Assembly (NCBI GenBank): GCA_035250945.1
Contig: DATFES010000426.1
Location: forward strand, 1 to 27,819
Direction: 5' to 3'
Source of the DNA: Alphaproteobacteria bacterium
GTDB lineage: Bacteria > Pseudomonadota > Alphaproteobacteria > CACIAM-22H2
Length of the DNA: 27,819 bases
Shown here piece after piece: positions 16,049 through 25,233 of this stretch. Numbering within the stretch: position 1 is the first letter of the stretch; the number at the start of each line of letters is the position of its first letter. The notes under the pieces are model-generated. The model was not told the origin of the DNA and did not search any database. It was given only the letters and a program-made list of their open reading frames with translations. The position numbers were made by a program, and so were the translations under genes.

Positions 16049-16150
16049 GACGTTCGGTCGCTATGGCGTGGTGATGATGGGGCCCGTACTATGGCCGAGA
16101 AAGACGGCTTTCGCCAGTTCACCCGCGCATGGCCGAGGAGAGAAAATCGC

Positions 16151-17695
16151 ATGAATTCGAGCGCGGGCGCCCGCGTCGCCATCCTTGGCTTGCATCTCGA
16201 AAGCAACGGTTTTGCGCCGGTGACGAGGGAACGGGATTTTCGCTCGCTGTGTTTTCTCGAGGGCGAGGCAATCCTTCGCGAGGCGCGCGCCGCAGCGCCG
16301 GCGATGCCGGCAGAAATCGTCGGCTTCCTTGCCGCGATGGACGACGGGCCGCCATGGTCGCCGGCGCCGATTCTGGTTGCTGCCGCCGAGCCCGGCGGAC
16401 CGGTCGACCACGATTTCCTCCTTCGCGTTCTTGCCGAGATCGCCCGCCGCCTCGTCGAGGCGGGCCGGCTCGATGGCGTCTACATCACCAATCATGGCGG
16501 AATGACTTCGACCGGGACGCCTGATCCGGATGGAATGCTCTACGCCAAGGTTCGCGAAATCGTCGGGCCGGACGTGCCGGTGATTGCTACGGTCGATTTG
16601 CACGCCAACATCTCGGAGACCATGGCGGCGAGCGTCGACATGATCGTCGCCTATCGCACGAATCCCCATGTCGACCAGGAGGAGCGCGGCGCCGAAGCGG
16701 CGCGGCATCTTCGCGCGTTGATTTCGGGAACCAAGGCGTACACGGCGTTCATCCGCCTGCCGTTGACGCCAGCCAGCGTGACGCTGCTTACGGCAGCCGG
16801 GCCGTACGCCGACATCATTCGGGAAGGCCAGCGTCGCATGAGCGCCGCAATTATGAACGTGTCGATCGTCGGCGGATTCGTGTTCTCCGACACGCCGAAG
16901 AACGGGATCGCCGTGCTCGTCGCCGCGCGCGACGATGCGGCGGCGCGGCGTCTGGCGTTGGAGCTCGCCCGCACGATCTGGAACGACCGTCATCGCTACG
17001 TGAAGACGCTGACGCCGCTCGACGAGGCTGTCGCGATGGCGCTTGCGGCAAGCCGCGATCCCGATCGGCCGGCGCTCATTCTTTCCGACGCCGGCGACAA
17101 CCCCGGCGGCGGCGGCCGCGGCAACACGACGTGGCTGTTGTCGGCGCTGCACGGCGCCGGCGCCCGCGACGTTCTGCTTGGCATATTCATCGATCCTGCA
17201 CTCGCCGCCGAGGCGCACCAACTTGGCGCGGGCGCCACATTCGAGGCGGTGTTCAATCGTCCTGGCGACAGCAAGTTCGCAAAGCGTTTTTCGGCGCGTG
17301 CGCGCGTGGCCGCGCTCTCCGACGGCAAGTGCGTCGGCCGGCGCGGCATTTGGGCGGGGCGGGGCCTCGACCTAGGACCAAGCGCAGCGCTAGAACTCGA
17401 CGGCGTCACCGTTGTCGTCGGCACGCGGCGCAAGCAATGCGCCGATCCGGTCCTGTTCGAGCTGTTCGGGCTCGACATATCCCGGGCGCGGACGGTGGTC
17501 GTCAAGTCGCGCGGCCACTTCCGCGCCGGCTTCGACGAGTTCTTCGGACCGCAACAAGTCATCGAGGTGGACACCGCCGGACTGACCTCGCCAGTACTGA
17601 CGCGCTTTTGCTTCAAGAGGTTGCCGCGCCCGGTTTTTCCGCTCGATCCCGACGCGGTGTGGCGCGAGCCCGAGTGGGCGATAACGGCGGCCTGA
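16151..17695 (+). CDS. M81-family (MlrC-like) metallopeptidase
   Basis: C-terminal part of track ORF 14858..17695. LHLESNGF, NHGGM, DLHAN, YRTNPHVD, DAGDNPGGGG, VVKSRGHFRAGF. RBS GAGGAG before ATG 16151. Confidence 0.9.
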   Translation: MNSSAGARVAILGLHLESNGFAPVTRERDFRSLCFLEGEAILREARAAAPAMPAEIVGFLAAMDDGPPWSPAPILVAAAEPGGPVDHDFLLRVLAEIARRLVEAGRLDGVYITNHGGMTSTGTPDPDGMLYAKVREIVGPDVPVIATVDLHANISETMAASVDMIVAYRTNPHVDQEERGAEAARHLRALISGTKAYTAFIRLPLTPASVTLLTAAGPYADIIREGQRRMSAAIMNVSIVGGFVFSDTPKNGIAVLVAARDDAAARRLALELARTIWNDRHRYVKTLTPLDEAVAMALAASRDPDRPALILSDAGDNPGGGGRGNTTWLLSALHGAGARDVLLGIFIDPALAAEAHQLGAGATFEAVFNRPGDSKFAKRFSARARVAALSDGKCVGRRGIWAGRGLDLGPSAALELDGVTVVVGTRRKQCADPVLFELFGLDISRARTVVVKSRGHFRAGFDEFFGPQQVIEVDTAGLTSPVLTRFCFKRLPRPVFPLDPDAVWREPEWAITAA

Positions 17696-17881
17696 GTCGG
17701 ACGGAAAGCATGCCTGCCGCCGGTATGCCGGATGTGCCCTGTGTTTCTTGCAATGCTTTGGGATTCCTGCAATCTTGAATGCGGTCGGCGCGTTTCTCGG
17801 CGCGTCGCAAGCCCTTTTTCACCACGGCCGCCAGCGGGATCGCCAAGAATCCCGGCGGCGAGCGACAGGGAGAGTCGACGA

Positions 17882-19453
17882 ATGGTGCGAAGCTTATCTC
17901 GGTTTGCGCTGGGCGTCGTCGCGGCGGCGGCGTTAGCGGCGGGTGCTGCGGCGCAGGATTTGACGATCGGCCTGGGAGCGAACGTCACTTCGATCGACCC
18001 GCACTTCCACAATCTGTCGCCGAACAGCAATATCGCGGCGCACATCTTCGATCGCCTGGTCCACCAGGACGAGCAGCAGCGGCTGCAGCCGGGCCTGGCC
18101 ACCGAATGGAAGGCGGTGGACGACACGACATGGGAGTTCAAGCTGCGGCGCGGCGTCAAGTTCCACGACGGCAGCGACTTCACCGCCGCCGACGTACTAT
18201 CGACGCTGAAACGCGTGCCATGGGTGCCGAACAGCCCGTCGTCGTTCCGCATCTATACCCAGGCGATCAAGTCCTCCGAGACGCCGGATCCCTACACCAT
18301 CCGCTTCAAGACCGAGAAACCGTATCCGCTGCTGCCGGTGGACCTGTCGACGATCAACATCGTCTCAGATAAGCACGAGCAGTCGCCGACCGGCGATTTT
18401 AACGGCGGCTCGGCGGCGGTCGGCACCGGTCCGTTCAAATTTGTCGAATACGTGCCGGGCGACCGCATCGTCGTCGCGCGCAATGACAATTACTGGGGCC
18501 CCAAGCCGCATTGGCAGAAGGTGACGCTCAAGCTGATCACCAACAACGCCGCGCGCGTCGCGGCATTGCTTGCCGGCGACGTGCAGATCATCGAAGCGGT
18601 GCCGAGCGTCGATTACGCCAAGCTCAAGACCAACGGCAACGTCGCGATTTGGCAGGTGACCAGCAACCGGGTCATCTATCTCCACGTCGACAGCTTCCGC
18701 GACCAAACGCCCATGGCGACCGACAAGCAGGGCGCGTTGCTGCCAAAGAATCCGCTCAAGGACGCGCGGGTCCGCAAGGCGCTGTCCAAGGCGATCAATC
18801 GCCCGGCGATCGTCGATCGTGTGATGGAGGAGCTCGCGATCCCGGCCGGCGGCTTGCTTCCCGAGGGCTTCTTCGGCGCCAGCGGCAAGCTGAAGCCCGA
18901 ACGCTTTGACCCCGAGGGCGCGCGCAAGCTGCTGACCGAGGCCGGATATCCCAACGGCTTCGGCCTCACCATCCACGGGCCGAACGATCGCTATCCGAAC
19001 GATGAAAAGATCTTGCAGGCGATCGGTCCGATGTATTCGCGCATCGGCATCGACACCAAGGTGGTCACGCTGCCCTGGGCTACGTTCGCCGCGCAGGGCA
19101 GCAACCCGACTTACGCGTTCAGCGTCATGCTGGTCGGCTGGGGTTCGGGCACCGGCGAAATCTCCTCGCCGCTGCGCTCGCTGATCGCCACCGTTGGACC
19201 GGGACGAGGCGCATCGAATCGCGGCCGTTATTCGAATGCGAAGGTCGATCAACTCCTCGAGCAGGCGCTGGCGACCGTCGACGACGGCAAGCGCGAAAAG
19301 CTGCTGCAGGAAGCGACCGAATTGGCGATCAACGACACGGCGCTGATCCCGTTGCATTACCAGATCAACGTCTGGGCGACCCGCAAGGGGCTGCAATACG
19401 TTCCGCGGGCCGACGAATACACGCTGGCGCAGTTCGTGACGCCGGCGAAGTGA
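17882..19453 (+). CDS. Peptide/nickel ABC transporter substrate-binding protein (family 5)
   Basis: Signal peptide ending AAA-QD, SIDPH, PGLATEW, FKLRRGVKFHDGSDFTAADV, GTGPFKF, RVRKALSKAINR. RBS GGGAGAG. Confidence 0.95.
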   Translation: MVRSLSRFALGVVAAAALAAGAAAQDLTIGLGANVTSIDPHFHNLSPNSNIAAHIFDRLVHQDEQQRLQPGLATEWKAVDDTTWEFKLRRGVKFHDGSDFTAADVLSTLKRVPWVPNSPSSFRIYTQAIKSSETPDPYTIRFKTEKPYPLLPVDLSTINIVSDKHEQSPTGDFNGGSAAVGTGPFKFVEYVPGDRIVVARNDNYWGPKPHWQKVTLKLITNNAARVAALLAGDVQIIEAVPSVDYAKLKTNGNVAIWQVTSNRVIYLHVDSFRDQTPMATDKQGALLPKNPLKDARVRKALSKAINRPAIVDRVMEELAIPAGGLLPEGFFGASGKLKPERFDPEGARKLLTEAGYPNGFGLTIHGPNDRYPNDEKILQAIGPMYSRIGIDTKVVTLPWATFAAQGSNPTYAFSVMLVGWGSGTGEISSPLRSLIATVGPGRGASNRGRYSNAKVDQLLEQALATVDDGKREKLLQEATELAINDTALIPLHYQINVWATRKGLQYVPRADEYTLAQFVTPAK

Positions 19454-19461
19454 GGGAAATG

Positions 19462-19495
19462 GAAGCGCGGGCGCCCGAGTTGGGCCCCGCGCTTC
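19462..19495 (+). terminator. Strong intergenic stem-loop between SBP and permease genes
   Basis: GAAGCGCGGG (19462-19471) pairs with CCCGCGCTTC (19486-19495), plus an inner GCCC/GGGC stem around a GAGTT loop. Lacks a U-tract. Confidence 0.55.
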
Positions 19496-19523
19496 GTGCT
19501 CCCGCCCCATAGGGGCCGCGACC

Positions 19524-20501
19524 ATGAGCGTCTTTATCATCCGGCGGCTGATGCAGAGCGCCTTGGTGCTCGTCGTGATGTCGCTGCTGGTGTTCGTCGG
19601 CATCTACGCGATCGGCAACCCGGTCGAGATCTTTATCGCCGGCGACGCCGATCAGGCCGAACGCGAGCGCGTCATAGCCGCGCTCGGTCTCGATCGTCCG
19701 ATGTGGGAGCAATACTGGCTGTTCCTGCGCAACGCGGCGCTCGGCGATCTCGGCAAGTCGTTCATATTCAATCAGCCGGCACTGTGGCTGATCGTCGACC
19801 GGATGCCTGCCACGCTCGAGCTGGCCATTGCGGCGATGCTCATCGCCGTCTTGCTCGGCATTCCGCTCGGCATGTACGCCGGTTACCGGCCCGATTCGTT
19901 CGCCGGCCGCTCGATCATGGCGGGATCGATCCTGGGCTTCAGCCTGCCGACGTTCTGGGTCGGACTGATGCTGATCATGATCTTCGCCGTGTGGCTTGGC
20001 TGGTTGCCTTCAACCGGCCGCGGCGAACTCGAAAGCGTGCTCGGGATAAGGACCAGCCTCGTCACCTGGGACGGACTTGCCCACGTACTGATGCCGGCGG
20101 TGAATCTGGCGCTGTTCAAACTGTCGCTCGTCATCAGGCTCGCCCGCGCCGGCATGCGCGAGAACATGCCGATGGATTACGTCAAGTTCGCGCGCGCCAA
20201 GGGGTTGCCGACGCGCCGCGTGATCTTCGTCCACGTCTTCAAGAACATCCTCATACCGATCGTCACCGTACTCGGCCTCGAGACGGGATCGGTGATCGCT
20301 TTCGCCGTGGTCACCGAGACGATCTTCGCCTGGCCGGGAATGGGCAAGCTGATCATCGATTCGATCAACAATCTCGACCGGCCGGTGATCGTCGCCTATT
20401 TGCTGATCACGGTGTCCATGTTCGTCATCATCAACCTTGCGGTGGACATTCTCTATTCGATCCTCGATCCGCGCGTGCGGCTCGCGGACATGAAGGGCTG
20501 A
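19524..20501 (+). CDS. Peptide ABC transporter permease (DppB/OppB-like)
   Basis: FIIRRL N-terminus, GLDRP..EQY, GDLGKS, RMPATLEL, EAA loop DYVKFARAKGL, ETIFAWPGMG. Confidence 0.95.
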   Translation: MSVFIIRRLMQSALVLVVMSLLVFVGIYAIGNPVEIFIAGDADQAERERVIAALGLDRPMWEQYWLFLRNAALGDLGKSFIFNQPALWLIVDRMPATLELAIAAMLIAVLLGIPLGMYAGYRPDSFAGRSIMAGSILGFSLPTFWVGLMLIMIFAVWLGWLPSTGRGELESVLGIRTSLVTWDGLAHVLMPAVNLALFKLSLVIRLARAGMRENMPMDYVKFARAKGLPTRRVIFVHVFKNILIPIVTVLGLETGSVIAFAVVTETIFAWPGMGKLIIDSINNLDRPVIVAYLLITVSMFVIINLAVDILYSILDPRVRLADMKG

Positions 20502-20508
20502 GCGAGCG

Positions 20509-21435
20509 ATGGCCGCCGTCGCGACGCGCCCTGACGAAGTGGCCGCCGGCGCTGCTGCGCGCGTCGAGTCGCCCGTTCGGCGATTCGTTTCCGATTTCTG
20601 CGAAAGTCGGCTTGCGGTAGCCGGGCTGGTCGGATTCATATCGATCGCGTTCATCGCAATCGCGGCGCCGCTGATCTCGCCGCAAAATCCCTACGACCTC
20701 AACCAACTCGACATTCTCGATGGGCGGCTTCCGCCAGGAGCCGAGGCCGCAGCCGGGTTCACTTACTGGCTGGGCTCCGACGATCAAGGCCGCGACATGC
20801 TGTCGGGCATCTTCTATGGGCTGCGGATCTCGCTTGGCGTCGGGGTCGCAAGCGCCGTCATCGCGCTGATGTTTGGAGCGGCGATGGGGCTTGTCTCGGC
20901 GTATTTCGGCGGCAAGGTCGACACGCTGATCATGCGCGTCGTCGACATCCAGTTGAGCTTTCCGGCGATCCTCGTGGCGCTGATACTGCTCGCCGTTCTC
21001 GGACAGGGAACCGGCAAGATCATCATCGCTCTGGTCGCCGTCCAATGGGCGTATTACGCGCGCACGGTGCGCGGCACGGCGTTGGTCGAACGGCGCAAGG
21101 AATACATCGAGGCGGCGCGCTGCCTCGCGCTGTCGAACACGCGGATCGTGTTCCGCCATCTGTTGCCCAATTGCATGCCGCCATTGATCGTCGTCGGTAC
21201 CGTGCAAGTGGCGCACGCCATCGCCCTCGAGGCGACGCTGTCATTCCTCGGCATCGGCCTGCCGATCACCGAACCGTCGCTGGGACTGCTTATCGCCAAC
21301 GGCTTCGAGTACCTGCTGTCCGGGAAGTACTGGATCAGCTTCTTTCCCGGCGTCGCGCTTCTGATCACCATCGTCAGCATCAATCTCGTCGGCGACCAAC
21401 TCCGCGACGTGCTCAATCCCCGCCTGCAGAAGTGA
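20509..21435 (+). CDS. Peptide ABC transporter permease (DppC/OppC-like)
   Basis: WLGSDDQGRDMLS, GLRISL, EYIEAARCLA, RHLLPN, EATLSFLG, NLVGDQLRDVLNPR. Confidence 0.95.
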   Translation: MAAVATRPDEVAAGAAARVESPVRRFVSDFCESRLAVAGLVGFISIAFIAIAAPLISPQNPYDLNQLDILDGRLPPGAEAAAGFTYWLGSDDQGRDMLSGIFYGLRISLGVGVASAVIALMFGAAMGLVSAYFGGKVDTLIMRVVDIQLSFPAILVALILLAVLGQGTGKIIIALVAVQWAYYARTVRGTALVERRKEYIEAARCLALSNTRIVFRHLLPNCMPPLIVVGTVQVAHAIALEATLSFLGIGLPITEPSLGLLIANGFEYLLSGKYWISFFPGVALLITIVSINLVGDQLRDVLNPRLQK

Positions 21436-21436
21436 C

Positions 21437-22420
21437 GTGCCGGATCCGGGACCTACGCTTCTCGTCGACGACCTGCGCACCTGGTTCTTCACCAAGGCCG
21501 GAATCGTCAAGGCAGTCGACGGCGTTTCGTTCGCGGTCGGCGCGGGAAAGGTGCTCGGTCTCGTCGGCGAGTCCGGTTCGGGGAAGACCGTCACCGGCTT
21601 TTCGATTCTCGGCCTCGTCGACCCGCCGGGGCGCATCGCCGGCGGCCGCATCCTGTTCAAGGGCCGCGATCTGGTCGGCCTCGCGGAAGACGAGATGCGC
21701 AAGCTCCGCGGCTCGCGCATCGCGATGATCTTCCAGGACCCGATGATGACGCTCAACCCGGTGCTGCGCATCGAAACGCAAATGATCGAGGCGGTGAAGG
21801 CGCACGCACGGGTGGGCGACGACGAGGCGCGCCGACGCGCGATCGACGCCCTCGGCCAGGTCGGCATCCCCTCGCCCGAGGAGCGCCTGAAAGCCTATCC
21901 GCACCAATTCTCCGGCGGCATGCGCCAACGCGTCGCCATCGCCATCGCTTATCTCAACAAACCGGATTTGATCGTCGCCGACGAGCCGACGACGGCGCTC
22001 GACGTGACGATCCAGGGCCAGATCCTGTTCGAGGCGCAGAAGCTGTGCCGTCTGACCGGAACGGCGCTGATGTGGATCACGCACGATCTCTCGGTGGTCG
22101 CCTCGCTCGCCGACGAAGTGTGCGTCATGTACGCCGGCAAGATCGTCGAGCAGGGAGGCGTCGACGACGTGCTCGACCGGCCGGCGCATCCATACACGCA
22201 CGGCCTCATCGGCTCGGTGCCGAGCCGCAACGCGCGCGGTCGCCCATTGTCGCAAATTCCCGGCATGACGCCCTCGCCGCTGAACCTACCGTCGGGATGC
22301 AGTTTTCGCGAGCGCTGCCCGCGTGCCGATCGCGACTGCCTCGAGCCGCCAGCGATGGTCGAGATCGGCCCCGGCCGCCTCGCCCGCTGCGTCCACCCGC
22401 TGACCGGGGCGGCGCCATGA
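21437..22420 (+). CDS. Peptide ABC transporter ATP-binding protein (DppD/OppD-like)
   Basis: GESGSGKT, YPHQFSGGMRQR, VADEPTTALD, WITHDL, HPYT and a Cys-rich C-terminal extension. GTG start. Confidence 0.95.
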   Translation: MPDPGPTLLVDDLRTWFFTKAGIVKAVDGVSFAVGAGKVLGLVGESGSGKTVTGFSILGLVDPPGRIAGGRILFKGRDLVGLAEDEMRKLRGSRIAMIFQDPMMTLNPVLRIETQMIEAVKAHARVGDDEARRRAIDALGQVGIPSPEERLKAYPHQFSGGMRQRVAIAIAYLNKPDLIVADEPTTALDVTIQGQILFEAQKLCRLTGTALMWITHDLSVVASLADEVCVMYAGKIVEQGGVDDVLDRPAHPYTHGLIGSVPSRNARGRPLSQIPGMTPSPLNLPSGCSFRERCPRADRDCLEPPAMVEIGPGRLARCVHPLTGAAP

Positions 22421-23454
22421 ACAGGAGCGCGCTGCCGGCGTCGTCGATCGACGGCACGGCGCCGATCGTCGAACTGAGGCGCGTGTCGCGGCGTTTCACC
22501 AAACGGCTCGACGCGGCGATGAAGGTGGCCAACCTGCTCGGCGCCAGCCTGCACGAGGAGACCGTGCACGCCGTCGACAAAGTCGACCTCGCGGTTCGCG
22601 CGGGCGAGGTCGTCGGCCTTGTCGGCGAGTCGGGTTGCGGCAAGTCGACACTCGGCCGCATCGTCGCCGGCATCCTCGAGCCGAGCGAAGGCGAGGTGCT
22701 TTATCGCGGCCGCGAACTGTCGAAACTCGCCGGGGCGGACGCGAAGGCGGCGGCGCTCGCGGTGCAAATGATCTTTCAAGACCCGTTTGCGTCGCTCAAT
22801 CCGCGCCTTCGCGTCAAGGACATCATCGGCGAGGCGCCGCTGTTCCACGGCCTCGTCGAGCGCGCCGGGCTCGAGCGCTACGTCGACGACGTGATGCGTC
22901 GCGTCGGCCTCGACGCGGCCTATCGCCGCCGCTACCCGCACCAGTTCTCCGGCGGCCAACGGCAGCGCATCGGCATCGCCCGCGCGCTCGCGGTCAGGCC
23001 CGAGTTCATCGTCTGCGACGAGGCGGTCGCCGCGCTCGACGTCTCGATCCAGGCGCAGATCCTCAATTTGTTCATGAAGCTGCGCGAGGAGCTCAATCTC
23101 ACCTATCTCTTCATCAGCCACGATCTTGGCGTGGTGCAGCATCTCTCGGACCGCGTGGTGATCATGTATCTCGGCCGCGTCGTCGAGGAAGGGCCGGCCG
23201 AATCGCTCTTTGCCAAGCCCAATCATCCCTACACCGCGGCGCTGCTCGCCGAGATTCCGCGATTGGAATCGCGGCGACGGCAGTTCGTTCCGGTCAAGGG
23301 CGAGATTCCATCGCCGCTCCACCCGCCCTCGGGCTGCCATTTCCATCCGCGCTGTCCTCACGCCATGGAGCGCTGCAAGCGCGAGTCGCCGGCGCTCAAG
23401 GAGATCGCTCCCGGCCGCCAAGCGGCGTGCCACCTCAATGACTCGGATCGATGA
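22417..23454 (+). CDS. Peptide ABC transporter ATP-binding protein (DppF/OppF-like)
   Basis: GESGCGKST, YPHQFSGGQRQR, VCDEAVAALD, FISHDL, GCHFHPRCP. ATGA overlap at 22417. Confidence 0.95.
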   Translation: MNRSALPASSIDGTAPIVELRRVSRRFTKRLDAAMKVANLLGASLHEETVHAVDKVDLAVRAGEVVGLVGESGCGKSTLGRIVAGILEPSEGEVLYRGRELSKLAGADAKAAALAVQMIFQDPFASLNPRLRVKDIIGEAPLFHGLVERAGLERYVDDVMRRVGLDAAYRRRYPHQFSGGQRQRIGIARALAVRPEFIVCDEAVAALDVSIQAQILNLFMKLREELNLTYLFISHDLGVVQHLSDRVVIMYLGRVVEEGPAESLFAKPNHPYTAALLAEIPRLESRRRQFVPVKGEIPSPLHPPSGCHFHPRCPHAMERCKRESPALKEIAPGRQAACHLNDSDR

Positions 23455-24301
23455 AATTCCCGGAGTGCTGCGGCGCCACGACCCGAGCGGCTTGCGTCTG
23501 CCGCTGGTTTTCGACAGTCCGCACAGCGGCACCGCCTATCCCGACGATTTCCGCCACGCCGCGCCGCGCGATATCCTGCGGACCGCCGAGGACACGCATG
23601 TCGCGGCCCTATTTGCAGCCGCGCCCGCGCATGGCGCGCCGCTGCTCGAGGCGCTGTTTCCGCGCAGTTATATCGACGCCAATCGCGACCTCGCCGACAT
23701 CGATCCCTCGCTGTTGGCCGATCGCTGGCCCGGCGAATTGGCCCCGGGGGAGAAGAGCAGGCTCGGGCTGGGACTGATCCGCAAGCTGGCGCGGCCCGGA
23801 GTTCCGGTCTACGACCGCAAGCTTACGGCGACGGAAATCAAGGCCCGTATCGATGCCTATTACCTTCCCTATCACAGGGAGTTGCAGCGCCTCCTCGATG
23901 GTGCGCATCGGCGCCACGGGGTCGTCTTCCACGTCAATTGCCACTCGATGGCCTCCAAAGGCGGCGCGATGACGCCCGATGGCGCAGTCCGGCGGGCGGA
24001 CTTCGTGCTTGGCGACCGCGACGGAACGACGTGCACGCCGGAGTTCGTTGCGATCGTCGCCGAGGCGTTAGGCGCCGCCGGATACGACGTGCGCATCAAC
24101 GATCCCTACAAGGGAGCCGAGTTGGTCCGCCGCTACGCCGATCCCGCCAAGGGCCGGCACAGCCTGCAGATCGAGATCAACCGGCGGCTTTACATGGACG
24201 AGAAGACGCGCGCGCGCAATGCGAACTTCGCGCCGCTTGAGGGTGACTTGACGCGCCTCGTCGCACGCATCGCCGATTACTGCCGCGGCCAATGCGGCTG
24301 A
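23438..24301 (+). CDS. N-formylglutamate amidohydrolase (HutG-type) family protein
   Basis: VFDSPHSG, RSYIDANR, YYLPYH, NCHSM, DFVLGDRDG, NDPYKG, HSLQIEINRRLYMDE. Start 23438 overlaps the preceding ATPase by 17 nt. Confidence 0.9.
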   Translation: MTRIDEIPGVLRRHDPSGLRLPLVFDSPHSGTAYPDDFRHAAPRDILRTAEDTHVAALFAAAPAHGAPLLEALFPRSYIDANRDLADIDPSLLADRWPGELAPGEKSRLGLGLIRKLARPGVPVYDRKLTATEIKARIDAYYLPYHRELQRLLDGAHRRHGVVFHVNCHSMASKGGAMTPDGAVRRADFVLGDRDGTTCTPEFVAIVAEALGAAGYDVRINDPYKGAELVRRYADPAKGRHSLQIEINRRLYMDEKTRARNANFAPLEGDLTRLVARIADYCRGQCG

Positions 24302-24315
24302 TCCCCGGCGCGATT

Positions 24316-24645
24316 CTACGATGGGTGCGCTTCGACCTCGAGCGCGCTCGCCCGGGCGCGGCGTCCGATGGCATCGGCCGCCGGGTCACGGCATAAAACG
24401 ATGATCGGCCGGCCGATCACGCCCGCCTTCTTCATGGTCCGCTTGAGCGCATCGGACGCGGCGAATTTCTTGAACCGCCGCGGATCGTCGAATTCGAGGA
24501 TGACGACCACGTCGTTGGGCGAATCGACCATTCGCAAGACCCGCCCATCGCCCAATCTTGCGGTGCGGCGCGCCTCGTGCGCGTCGTAGATCCGCTTCCA
24601 GGCGGCGAAATTGCGCACCTTATGTCTGATGATCGCGACATACAT
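24316..24645 (-). CDS. Small dimeric alpha+beta barrel (cyclase/ABM-like) hypothetical protein
   Basis: IIRHKVRNFAAWKRIYD...DSPNDVVVILEFDD...LKRTMKKAGV pattern. RBS GAGGGGAG before ATG 24645. Confidence 0.7.
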   Translation of the reverse strand: MYVAIIRHKVRNFAAWKRIYDAHEARRTARLGDGRVLRMVDSPNDVVVILEFDDPRRFKKFAASDALKRTMKKAGVIGRPIIVLCRDPAADAIGRRARASALEVEAHPS

Positions 24646-24703
24646 GGGCGGCTCCCCTCGCGCAGCTTCCTCCCTGTCGCCGATCGGTCTCCGCGTGCGT
24701 GCG

Positions 24704-25204
24704 TCAGTCCGCCGCAGGCGCCGATCCGAGCTTGCCAGCCGTCCAACGATCGAGTTTGTCCCGCGCGCCGTTGCTCGCCGGGTCGACCGCCCGGTCATGC
24801 CCCGGTTTCTTCGCCGTCAATTCGATGACGTAACCGTTCGGATCGCGGAAATAGATCGAGCGGATAAAGCCGTGATCCGAAACGCCGCGCGTCTCGAGTC
24901 CCGCCGACTTGCCCTTGGCGAACATGCGATCGAGCGTCGTATCGTCGACCTCGAGCGCGATGTGCAGATCGTAGTCATGCTGTTTCTTGAACTCGAACGG
25001 CATGTCCGGCGTCTCGAAGAACGCGAGAAACGAGCCGTCGCCAAGTTCGTAGAACGTGTGCAGCGCGCTCGTCTTGCGGCCGGTCATCGACTCACTGATC
25101 TCGAGCGTGTTGGCGAGGCGCAGCTCGAGAAACTCCTCATAGAAGCGCCGCGTCTCCTCGGAATCGCGGCAGCGGTAGGCGTTGTGATGCAGGCCCTTGA
25201 TCAT
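24704..25204 (-). CDS. VOC/glyoxalase-family protein
   Basis: GLHHNAYRCRD..ETRRFYEEFL, LHIALEV, SIYFRDPNGYVIEL. RBS GGAGGAG before ATG 25204. Confidence 0.9.
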   Translation of the reverse strand: MIKGLHHNAYRCRDSEETRRFYEEFLELRLANTLEISESMTGRKTSALHTFYELGDGSFLAFFETPDMPFEFKKQHDYDLHIALEVDDTTLDRMFAKGKSAGLETRGVSDHGFIRSIYFRDPNGYVIELTAKKPGHDRAVDPASNGARDKLDRWTAGKLGSAPAAD

Positions 25205-25233
25205 CGTCGCTCCTCCCGCGCATGTGCGGACGC

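Noticed and set aside
14858-16150. 945-aa plus-strand ORF as a long M81 protein
   Set aside because: The N-terminal ~430 aa are antisense to argE. The M81 domain begins at ATG 16151, which has a strong RBS.
16151-17695. Microcystin degradation (mlr) cluster
   Set aside because: Only an M81-family member is present, with no MlrA (CAAX/Abi protease) or MlrB (serine hydrolase). The M81 family is widespread outside mlr clusters.
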